Assembly (NCBI GenBank): GCA_048213135.1
Contig: PS015010.1
Coordinates: 1,550,001-1,614,000 of the forward strand
Length of the DNA stretch: 64,000 bases
Reading direction: 5' to 3'
Origin: Reclinomonas americana ATCC 50394
Lineage: Eukaryota
Shown here: positions 19,842 through 30,300 of the stretch, piece after piece
Layout: each line of letters begins with the position of its first letter
How positions within the stretch are numbered: position 1 is the stretch's first letter
The notes under the pieces: generated by a model
Database searches by the model: none
What the model was told of the DNA's origin: nothing
What the model saw: only the letters and a program-made list of their open reading frames with translations
Made by a program: the position numbers and the translations under genes

Positions 19842-22250
19842 TCACTCTTTCTTTTTTGCTTCCTCAAGAATTTTCTTAATTTCTTCTCCATCATCATTCC
19901 CTGCATTACCTTTAAAACCTTCTGTACTAACTTCTACATCAACTTTTTTATTGGCGTTTTTTCTATAGAATCCTGCAAAATTTTTATATGCTGGATTAGT
20001 CTTTTTTACATCATCAATAGTTTGATTTTTCTTAACTGGGTTTCTATCATCCTTACTTGTTAGTTTTACTTTGCCATTTTTCCCAACTTTAGTAACTGTA
20101 GCTGAATGCTGGATATTTCCTTTATCATCTTCAAAAATAGCAACGTCTCCAGGTTTTACATCCTCTGCTTTTACTGGTGTGAATTCTGCCTTATTTTTAA
20201 AAATTTTTGAAACGTTATCACAACCTTGTCCATCTAAACCAGCAATATACAAATCAATGCCTGGGCGCAAATTCAGGGTATTGCCGTGGCAACTAGATGA
20301 TTCAGGGTTTCCCATATCAGGAAACACATATACCTTATCTCTATCTTTAAAATCCAAAAATTTTGTTTTTCCTTCATCTGCCCATTCAACATTATCAACT
20401 GTACTTTTTAACATATATCTACCGACTTCTACTGCTTGGCCATCGTTTGTATAAAAATAATATGTAGCTGCTTGATAAACCTCATTCCCTCTTTGTTCAT
20501 AAGATGCTACACCCATTGTATAAATTATATTTCCGTTCTTATCTACAAGCCAGTTGCCATTAGCATCTTTAAATTGTAGTGGACTATTAACACAAAAAGC
20601 ATAAGGCGAAACATTAGGATATTTGTCAGCATATTTATCTACACCTAACCATCGTCCTAATCTGTTATCGTAAATCCTTGCCCCAAAATCTAAATTTCCT
20701 TCGCCTGTACTGTTATCCAACTCCTTACCGTTAAACCCATAACGGTAACTTTTACCTGGTGTTTGTTCATACTTCCTACCCGGCATAGTCATACCGAATG
20801 GGTAGTAATCATTCGCACTGATCACATTTGCTGTATAATAATCGACCAAGCCATCTGTATTGCCATCTGTTTCAGTTTTGGTATCCGCAACTGTAACCAG
20901 CACATTACCCAAATGATTACCCAACTCAAAGAACTTATTACCTCTTATAAAGGTAGCGATATTATCCAAATGGTCAATTTGGGCAATGCTGTTTACATCT
21001 CTTTTTACATTAAAAATTCCTAAGCGGCTACTACCATACAAGTGAGCTTCTTCTTGCATCAGGTGAGCCGAAGACGTTCCCTGCTCATACAGGCTCATCA
21101 CATTACCACTGGCATCACGTACATATACCGTAGTTTTTGTAATCCCGCCTGTCGCAACTTCTTTAGTAATCCTGTTCCCTGCCACATCATAGCTATAATT
21201 GATCGTACTTCCAGATTTTGTAATGCTGGCAATCTTTCCATACGTGTTCCAACTGATGCTACTGATACCTTCAGCAGCATCTGCCGTGAGATTTCCAATT
21301 GCATCATACGTATAATTGTCATCCGATTGATTATCAATATCCGCTGCATAATTACCTGAGGATACGGCATCCTTCACGTGGCGTAAACGATTGTTCACCA
21401 GCTTACCGCTACTCAGATTATACCCGTAAGTAAAATTATCCATGGTTTGCGGATTTCCTCCGGCAGTTGTACCATTACGCAGGTAAGTAAGGATATTCCC
21501 ATTGGGATCATAACTAACTCTCTCTTTATAATTATCCGTAGCTGAAGGTGTCCAGGCATTCGTACTGCTGTTCAACCCGGTAAAAGCATCCATGGCAACA
21601 ATACGGTTTAACTGGTCGTACCTGTAACGGTAAAGATGTGCATCACCTAATTTAGGTATGTTCACTGCCATGGCACCGATATTCCCATTGAACAATTCCT
21701 GCCCTGATACAGTTATGGGTGTGGGTGCTGTAATAGCAGCAAAAGCACTTGTTCCACCTATAGGTTTATAATCACCACCAAAGTAATTCAGGCTGAACCC
21801 AAAGACATCCCTTGCAACAGGATTCAGTCCTGCCCCTGTCTTACCATCACCACCCATATCATAAGTACCGTCATTCACAGTTGTTGAGTTCACTCCTTTC
21901 AGCCAGCCTTGTAAAGTATAGGCATAATCCACACCCTGCACCTGCTGCTGACCTAAAATGGTTCGTGCCAGCGGTCCATGTTTATAATAGCTATATCTCG
22001 CATCTTTTTCCCATAGCCACCCATCATGGCTTGTTTCCACATCCGTAATCCTGTTCTCTGCATCGTACGTGTACTTATGATAGAACTCATCGGTAAAGCC
22101 TGGCTGGTACGCCACTTTGTTCACCTTACCACTGATGAGATCATAATCGTATACCATCTTCTTATACCGGTTACCGGTGCTGGCCATAATACCGCTGTTA
22201 TAATCCTGCAGCAGGGTATCTACATTGCCGTATATGTCGTAGCTGTAATA
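19842..22250 (-). CDS. Orphan RHS protein (module C) with a Cys/His papain/NlpC-like tip
   Basis: Homology to the main RHS starts near 22250 (NYSYDIYGNVDTLLQDYNSGI; first ATG 22187); core GRWLGVD..FKDANG; tip SSCHG..VKPGDVAIF..IQHSATV. Confidence 0.8.
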   Translation of the reverse strand, partial: YYSYDIYGNVDTLLQDYNSGIMASTGNRYKKMVYDYDLISGKVNKVAYQPGFTDEFYHKYTYDAENRITDVETSHDGWLWEKDARYSYYKHGPLARTILGQQQVQGVDYAYTLQGWLKGVNSTTVNDGTYDMGGDGKTGAGLNPVARDVFGFSLNYFGGDYKPIGGTSAFAAITAPTPITVSGQELFNGNIGAMAVNIPKLGDAHLYRYRYDQLNRIVAMDAFTGLNSSTNAWTPSATDNYKERVSYDPNGNILTYLRNGTTAGGNPQTMDNFTYGYNLSSGKLVNNRLRHVKDAVSSGNYAADIDNQSDDNYTYDAIGNLTADAAEGISSISWNTYGKIASITKSGSTINYSYDVAGNRITKEVATGGITKTTVYVRDASGNVMSLYEQGTSSAHLMQEEAHLYGSSRLGIFNVKRDVNSIAQIDHLDNIATFIRGNKFFELGNHLGNVLVTVADTKTETDGNTDGLVDYYTANVISANDYYPFGMTMPGRKYEQTPGKSYRYGFNGKELDNSTGEGNLDFGARIYDNRLGRWLGVDKYADKYPNVSPYAFCVNSPLQFKDANGNWLVDKNGNIIYTMGVASYEQRGNEVYQAATYYFYTNDGQAVEVGRYMLKSTVDNVEWADEGKTKFLDFKDRDKVYVFPDMGNPESSSCHGNTLNLRPGIDLYIAGLDGQGCDNVSKIFKNKAEFTPVKAEDVKPGDVAIFEDDKGNIQHSATVTKVGKNGKVKLTSKDDRNPVKKNQTIDDVKKTNPAYKNFAGFYRKNANKKVDVEVSTEGFKGNAGNDDGEEIKKILEEAKKKE

Positions 22251-22316
22251 ATTGGTCGTTAAATTATAAAAGAGTTATTTAGTACGAATTAATCTTGCCT
22301 TTCTAATTTTACATCT

Positions 22317-22375
22317 CCCCGCTTTACGCTGCTAGTCCTCGCTACGCTCCGGGCTATACGCTGCAATCGGGCGTA
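22317..22375. repeat. Conserved spacer element, copy C (59 bp)
   Basis: ccccgctttacgctgctagtcctcgctacgctccgggctatacgctgcaatcgggcgta. Confidence 0.92.
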
Positions 22376-22419
22376 GAGGGAATACAACCTGTTCATCCGT
22401 AAAATTCATCAAATACCCT

Positions 22420-23082
22420 TCACTTATACCAGAAGTAAATCTTTAAACAGGCTTCCAGCATCCGGATACTCCGACTGAAACAGATCGCTTTTCTATTCAT
22501 CCTTTTCAATGAATTTCTAATCCCCAGATTCATTCGTTCAATAATATTAGTTCCAAAACAAAAGCAACGCTGAATTGAAGAAGGAATAAGGCTTGGGTAA
22601 ATGTTAAACCTGTCGGTGTATATACGCCTGGCACCATTTTGAATCAGGTTATCCGTTATCTTACTAATAACTAGTTTGCTTCTTGAACCAATGACAAAAT
22701 CAGCAACAATCCGGGTTTTGCGATCCAACGCATAAGTTACATACAAAGGATTTGTCTTACCATTACTGACGACATAGGTATAGAGTTCATCAATCTCAAA
22801 TGTCCTTTTACCAAAATCAGTTAAAGGGCAGCCTAATTGACAAGAGACTTTCAAAATCCTTCGCCTGACTGAAGTAGCAGCAAGATGCAGAAACCGGGAG
22901 ATTGAATTAATACTCATGCCCCCCTTTGTAAGCCGTGCTATATCACCATCAAAAGCAGCTGTTCTCTGACAATAGGTATAGCTTAAACGTTAGTATCTGT
23001 GTCATTGTTTACAATAAAATTTTTGAACCTGTTTGTAAAACCCTTTCCGGATACGGGTCTTTCCACAATATTTACAATCCAT
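22420..23082 (-). pseudogene. IS1-family DDE transposase pseudogene (221 codons, two in-frame stops)
   Basis: MDCKYC..FYCKQ* zinc ribbon (TGA at 23002-23004 in place of the 4th Cys; TAA at 22990-22992), HTH (MSINSISRFLHL), FEIDELYTYV, IYTD, TNIIERMN..RKAICFSRS. Confidence 0.88.
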
Positions 23083-23255
23083 AGGTAACAATTGGCGCAT
23101 CTGCATCGAGCCAACTCAATTGCAGTCGCATTTCCAGCAAAAACGCTTTAAAATGAATATAATAAACAGTATAATAATACATACAAAAAAAGTCGCTGAT
23201 CATTTATAATCAACGACTTCCGAATATTTATTTTCCGCAGGTGATAATTGGCGCA
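23083..23255. repeat. Direct-repeat pair upstream of the IS1-like transposase
   Basis: aggtaacaattggcgca (23083-23099) vs aggtgataattggcgca (23239-23255), 15/17; hairpin aagtcgctgat..atcaacgactt lies between them. Confidence 0.65.
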
Positions 23256-23347
23256 CGCCCCCTTCACCTGATTAGATACATTAACCAAAAACTCAAATAT
23301 GTTAATAGAATTTGTAAATTGCCGCTCAGATCTTTAATAAAAACAGC

Positions 23348-23877
23348 ATGAAGGATATCAATTCCACTAATACAAATACTGAAGAAACTATTAACCCACT
23401 TCCTAATGACGATCCTAAAATCACTGCAAGTGGAGATATTATTAAAATTAGTCCTTTATTTTTTGACTACAACTTACTTATGGCCTTCGTACTTTTTCTA
23501 ATTGGCCTTTTCATCATTTATGCCTATCCAAATGAAGACAACAAAACGAATGTAGTAATTTGCATAATACTAATGCTTAGTGCAATAGTCTCAATAATTA
23601 ACCAAGCAAAGAATAGTAATACTTTAATAATTAATACCTCCCAAAAAACAATTCAGATTATTCCTAACATCTTAATTTCTTTATTCTTAAAAGAAAAAAA
23701 ATACAATTTAATGAAATAAAAAAAGTAAGCTACATCACAAATGGCTTCTGGCTTGCATATAGAAAGAGCATTATTGTGTTTACTTTAAACGACGAAAGAA
23801 AAGTCAGTGTTCTTAGAATACAAAATGAAGACAATGCTGGCATATTCGCTCGATTCTTACTTTCTATAATTAAGTAA
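23348..23877 (+). pseudogene. Two-TM membrane protein, frameshifted at an A8 tract (23694-23701)
   Basis: Track ORF ends at 23719. Adding one A gives KEKKIQFNEIKKVSYITNGFWLAYRKSIIVFTLNDERKVSVLRIQNEDNAGIFARFLLSIIK*, ending at 23877. Confidence 0.65.
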
Positions 23878-24324
23878 TTGCAGAACTTGGTTCTTTTCCT
23901 CGAGTGCCTTTGTAAACCCAGGAAGTTTTATTAGCGATTGATCATAAAAATATAAGGCAGAGTCATAATTGCCATTTTTTCTATAAATGACCCCTATATT
24001 TAAGTACGCCGCATGGCTTTCAGAATAATTTCTCATGATTGCCTTTCGATAATCAGAAATAGCTCCTGTATCATTTAAAAGCATAGATTTACAATAGCCT
24101 CTTTTGAAATAATATCCTCCTTTTGTTGAGTCCATCACGATGAGATCATTATATAAAGAGATTGCATCTGAATATTTGTCATTTTGGTAATAGTTATTAG
24201 CTCTTTCAATAAGCTCTTTTTTAGAACTTCCAGTATCCAGATATCTATTGCCCCCTTTGTCATCAGTTGAATTATCACAACTGACAAAAAGAATTCCTAA
24301 CACATACATAAATTTAGCCTTCAT
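23857..24324 (-). CDS. TPR lipoprotein, candidate immunity protein for the main RHS toxin
   Basis: Lipobox FVSC; TPR patterns YYFKRGYCK..AISDYRKAI and AYLNIGVIYRKNGNYDSALYFYDQSL; 13 bp after the RHS stop. Confidence 0.8.
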   Translation of the reverse strand: MKAKFMYVLGILFVSCDNSTDDKGGNRYLDTGSSKKELIERANNYYQNDKYSDAISLYNDLIVMDSTKGGYYFKRGYCKSMLLNDTGAISDYRKAIMRNYSESHAAYLNIGVIYRKNGNYDSALYFYDQSLIKLPGFTKALEEKNQVLQLLNYRK

Positions 24325-24337
24325 TACTTGAATAATT

Positions 24338-27300
24338 TTAATTATCAGATTTTGCTTTTGTAGAGTGAGATTTTAACCAATTAGCTTCCATCTCTTTCAT
24401 CGCATTATATGCCCTATTTGCTCTACTAATATGAAAGTCTCGCATTTTTTGATCATATATCCCTGATCCACTGTAACTTTTTGAAGTTTGTCTGGCCTCA
24501 TCAAATTCAGCCTTCAATGCCTGATAACCTGCAGATTGCATATAATCACTATTAACAACCTGATTAAATGTCTTTACTCCGTAATAATATGGAGCCAATG
24601 GAGTTCTCGAAATCCCTAACTCTAAGCCATCCTTTAAAAGGCCATCTTGATCATTAGTCGATATATGGTGTATTATCGTAGCCCACCCCATTACTTTTCC
24701 TAAACTCTTGAATTTATCTGCAAGTTCTCTTCTTTCTAATTCTGTAGCTATTTTTTCTCCATGCTCTGCAAGATTACTCCCAAAATCAGTAGCATCTTCT
24801 ACAACCTTAGTATTTCTTTTTCCTCCACCAGGCCCAAGTGGCAAAGCCCCTTTTCCCATAAAGTCCAAGCCTGGCGTTCTCTCTTGCATTCGCTCACTCA
24901 CAATCCTTTTAGTATTTACAGGTTGGGAAGTAGGTGCTTTTGGAGGAATCACTATAATTTGCCCTGGCTTTATTAAACTTGGATTTTTTCTTAACTCCTC
25001 ATTCCCTTTTTGAGCTAAAATCATTTCCACTGTTACTCCCGCTCTTTTTGCGATTTTGCTCAAATTATCTCCTTTCTTTACTCTATATCCTGGTATACCT
25101 ATTCGTCCATCGTAATCTGCAAAATAAATTGGATTACTAAAATAACAAGTATAGGCCCCTTCACTAAATTTAATAACTGGGTCAATATTCCATCTTCTTC
25201 CAACGTCCCCATCATATTCCCAAAAATCTGCCGTTTGTGCATTTGCGCTAATCTCAGTACTCCGCCTCTGCCCATTATACGCTAAATCTATTTGACCATT
25301 ATTAAACGATTTGCTTATGGCTCCATAAGCACTGTAATAACTCGCCGTTCTCACATCCGCCAGGTAATAATCGATTGTAGCACCGCCTGTACTGTGCTGT
25401 AGCTTCTTATCCGTTACCATCGCCATATTATTGCCGCGATGGTCGTTCACCAGATAATCAGTTACACCTCTTACAAATACTGGCATTTCAGGTATTACTG
25501 CCGGAGTTTCCACATCTATTACGAGTTTTTCCGTGCCTAGCAGACCACTGCCATACTTATTAAACTCTTTTGTACTCAGATATCCGTCATTCACAGATGC
25601 ATCCTTAAGGTAGGTAGCTATGGTGTTACCTGATGCATCCTTCACATACCATTCTTCCGTGTTGTTTACTTTCTTACTGATCCTTTGACCACTAATATCA
25701 TAGCTGTACTCAATATCCGTTCCTGATTTGGTTAATGTTTTTAATTTACCATACACATTCCACTCTGCTGCATTCACCCCTTGTTTGGTATCCTGCGTTA
25801 CATTACCAATGGCATCGTAGCTGTAAGTATAACTGCCACTGTTCACACTGTTGACAATACCCGACAAACGATTAGTACCGCTCGTATAACTATAGGTATA
25901 ATTATTCAGGTTCAAAGAGCCGCCCGTGCCATTTCTAAGATACGTCAAAATATTGCCATTGGCATCGTAGGTCAGTCTTTCCTTATAATCACTCATAGTA
26001 ACAGCGGTGAAACTGTTGGTGCTGTTACTCAGACCTTCATAGGTATTCATCGCTCTCAGGCGGTTCAACTGATCGTACCGGAAACCGTACACTTTGGCAT
26101 CGCCCAACTTAGGCAGGTTCACTACCATACTGGCGATATTGCCGTTGAACAGATCTTTGCCGGTCTGCACACCATCTCCGTTATGTGTAATACCATTACC
26201 AATTGTTGCAAAAGGAGCTACACCGCTATTAATCGTTTTATAGTCTCCTGTAAAGTAATTCAAACTGAACCCAAAGGCATCTCTTGCCACGGGGTTCAAC
26301 CCTGCTCCAGTCTTACCATCGCCACCCATATCATAAGTACCATCGCCTACAGCTGTGCTGTTAATACCCTTCAGCCAGCCCTGCAATGTATAAGCATAGT
26401 CCAGCCCCTGTACCTGCTGCTGCCCCAGGATGAGCCTTGATAATGGCCCGTGTTTATAATAACTGTACCTCGCATCCTTCTCCCATACCCAGCCGTCGTG
26501 ACTTGTTTCCACATCAGTGATACGGTTCTCTGCATCATAGCTATACCGGTGATAATAAGCGTCCACCGCACCCGGCTGGTACGCGACCTGGTTAACCTTA
26601 CCACTGATGAGATCATAATCGTACACCATTTTCTTATACCGGTTGCCGGTGCTGGCCATTATGCCACTGTTGTAATCCTGCAGCAGGGTATCCACGTTAC
26701 CGTGTATGTCGTAGCTATAATACGTAGCCGCCCGGTGTGTTCCGGCATACTTCGTATCGTCACTGCCACTCGGCTCGGTATCAAATACCTGGGTATAGCT
26801 TACCCGATTACGCAGGTGCTGCTGTACCAGCGGCGCGGGGCTCAGCGTAGCCTCTCCGTTAAAGTAGCTGACATCATATACCGTGCGGGTGATCTCTTCC
26901 TTGTTCTGCACATTGGTGCTGGCTCCGTTGTTGGCCAGCCATGTGCTCAACTGTGAAGGATCGCGGCTGATCGTTTCCGTCATGCTCGTGCTCTGCGGCT
27001 TCTGCCCTACCTGGCTGATGCGGCCCAGTTCATCATACAAGGTATAACTGTAACGGGCATTCGCGTATTGTTTCGCATTCTGGCTTACCACCAGCCGTCC
27101 CAGCCGGTCGTACCAGAATTTACTTTCACCAGCGTCGGGTGTTTTCTGCGCTATCACCTGGTTGAGTGTATTGTAGCGGTATTCCGTTTCCAGTGTATGC
27201 GTTGGCGTTAGTATATTGCTGCTTTCTGCCCCACCGGCTTTTACGTTCTGCCGTTTCGTTTTTACATTGGCCAGGAAGGTGGCATCAGCGTGTTTCGCGT

Positions 27301-30300
27301 CCACACCTGCAGGTGGTACGGTCTTCACCAGGTTGCCCGCCTGGTCGTAATAATATAAAGTATAGTGATACTCGCTCGCTTTATAACTCACGGTAAAGCT
27401 TTCCAGGTCCTTCGCCTTCATACACTTGTTGTAGTAAGCGGTGTCGAATACATTGCGCAGACTGTCCAGGTACAGTTCATACTTTTCCATAGCCGCGTTG
27501 TAGGCTATCTTGGGCAGGTCCTTGCACGGATCATCATCCTGCGGTACCGGCTCAAACATAGGCTGGCTAAGGCCGCAGAGCATGGGTGGGTTGGTGGGCA
27601 GCATGATAAGGCTGTCTTCTATCACAATCTCTCTTTCCGTTCCTTCGGGGCAGATGATCCCGGCCCCGGGCCCGCAAATACTGTCGTACCAGGCAGACAG
27701 AACAGTATATTTAGGAAAGCTTGTACCCATATTCATGTTAAACCAGTTGAGGAAATCCGATCCGCAGTCTCCTTTACCGCCACCTCCGGCTTCCATTCCT
27801 CCACCCGTTTCTCCTCCGCCACTGCCAAAACCGGCAGGATGCATGATATAGAATGCCTGTTTCAGGCTGAAAAGCACCTCGCAGTCATCAACAGATTGTG
27901 TTGCCGGGCCGGTTACCAGGGAACCGGCGATGCAAGTATCCGTCAGTGATTCAATCTCACTGAAAGTAAGCCGGGCGCCCGTGGTCACAAACTGGTCGTT
28001 GAACAACTGAGCAAAGAGCTCCTTCTTCAGATCCAGCGGTAATTTCATCCACCCATAGCGGGTATTGAAATCGTTATAGAAGCTGATGTACCGCGGGCAA
28101 TTACCGGCGCATACGTTAAGCGTATCTCCACACACATTGTAATAGTATTGCACCAGTTCATCGTATTGATATGCCGTACCAAACCGCTGGTTGAAGAAGG
28201 CTGCAAATACGGCTTCACAGTTACCACCCAGTTGGGTCTGGGGGTTAGGGTACAACACGAGGAAATCGTTGAGCAGGGTCGTAATGGCATCGCAGTTCAC
28301 CGGCGGGCTTTGCGTAATGTAACAAAGACTTATGAGCGTACCACAGTTGACCGAGAACAGGCTGTCGATACCTTCAAAAGTATAGCTGGTACCGAAGTGG
28401 GCGTTGAAATAAGCGGTGAACAGGCTGCGGCAGTTGCTGCTGTCATAAGTTTCATTGGTAATGAAATCGTTGTATACCACCTGCATATCTGAACAGTCAA
28501 TGCCGGGTGTACAGGCAGGCAGGGTAACGCCGCATATCTTCATATATATGTCTGATATCTCCTGCCAGGTATAGTTGGTGGCCAGCTGGTCGTTGAAGAA
28601 AATAGCGAAGGTATCCTGGCAGTTGTAAGCGCTGTCGATGGAGTAGGTATATACATTATAGAACTTAATGAGCACATCATTCAGCGTTGTGCAAGAATAA
28701 GAGGGAAGACATAGTGCGTCTATATTTGGCACGCATCCCTGCTCATACCTCCGCTTATACTCATCATGGATATCATTGAAGCCCCAGGCCGGATCAGGAT
28801 TGAAATAAGTATTAAAGAAAGTGGTAAACCTGATCTGACAGCTGCCTGTACTCCAATCCATAGGATGCATATCCTCTGCCCTGAATTTTTCATAGGCGCG
28901 GGTAAGCAGGTAATTGTTGGGGAATGTGCATACTTCCAGCAGACAGCTGCTACCCCAAAGACTTTGGTACAGGCTGTCGATCCTGCCATAACTCAGGTTG
29001 GTACCCATTTTATTATTGATAAACGAAGTAAACAGGTTGCTGCAGTTGCCATTCTTATATACCTGCACCCCATAAGTATCATAGAAAGATTTGAGGTAAG
29101 ATTTAAGACCTGAGCAGGTCAGCGTAGGTTTGCACACATCAGGCCGGTGTCCGCAACTCTGCACGAATATATTCACCCACTGTTCGTAGGTATACGCGGT
29201 ATGGAAAAAGTTATTGAAGAAGATGACGAATTGCTGGCGGCATACTTCCACGCTCACGGCGGGGTTGGCCTGCGCTTTGTAAGCATTCAGCAGCGAGTCG
29301 AGTGTGGCGCAATTGTAGTCTCCTGCCGTATCGCAGGTATTGCCGAAAGCGACATATTCAACCCAGTTCTTCGCGAAGCCGGTCTCATTGTTGGCAAAAT
29401 TCTCAAACGCGATATTCCAGTTCACTTCGGCTTCGGTAGCAGGGTTAGCTACCGGTGCGTGATAACCGAATTTCACGTAGAAACTATCCTTAATGGCGTT
29501 ATAACGGCCACAGTCAATACAGGTTTCAACAGGTGGAAGGTCGCCACGGCACTGTAATACCGGCGGCAGCACAATGGGTTGCGGCAGGAATACGCAGGGA
29601 TAAGTACCGTTGCAAAGTGCTTTAATGGTGTCGATGGTACTCTGGCTGATGGTGGTGCCGTGTTTCCATTTTAACCAGGCGCTGAAGCTGCCACTGAAAC
29701 CGGAGCCGGAATAATCGGATTCCAGGCTGGACAGGCGGTTACACTCGCAGTCGGTTGGCTTGGTGACCACATAACCATTCGTCATCGCCTGTTGTTTATC
29801 GTAAGGCTTGGGCGACTTAATAAGGAAGGGGTGACAGGTGGATGACCAGGAAGTGATACCGATATTGGAAAGAAATTGCGCTATCACCTGCGGAAAATTG
29901 CTGAAATTATGCGTTCCGTCCGTAGCGGGCAGTTTACCCGGCGCCAGGCTGGATGAACCCAGCGGGTGATAAGGATCAGATCCTTTTTTACAGATATCCA
30001 CCAGCAGGGGAACCAGGTACAGTGAATCGGCGGTTTTGTAAGCCGGTGTTTCCCAGCGGGTCTCTATTCCGGCACATTCCTGCAGCTGGACAAGCCAACT
30101 GTCGGCATAGCCGCGGCAGGTGCTGTCGTAGTTCTGCAGTTCCATGGTATGCGCTGTATTTTGCGCATTGGGGTTACCTGCCTGTAATTCATTGATAAGT
30201 GTAGTGTAATCTCCCAGCCCCATGTTGCCCGGCGTCATGTGTTCATAATCAACAAAACGAAGCTTATAACCATGATTCGTTATTCTATCGTCGAGACCAT

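Noticed and set aside
13978-22375. Repeated 59-bp element as a CRISPR array
   Set aside because: Copies are about 4 kb apart, there are no regular spacers and no cas genes
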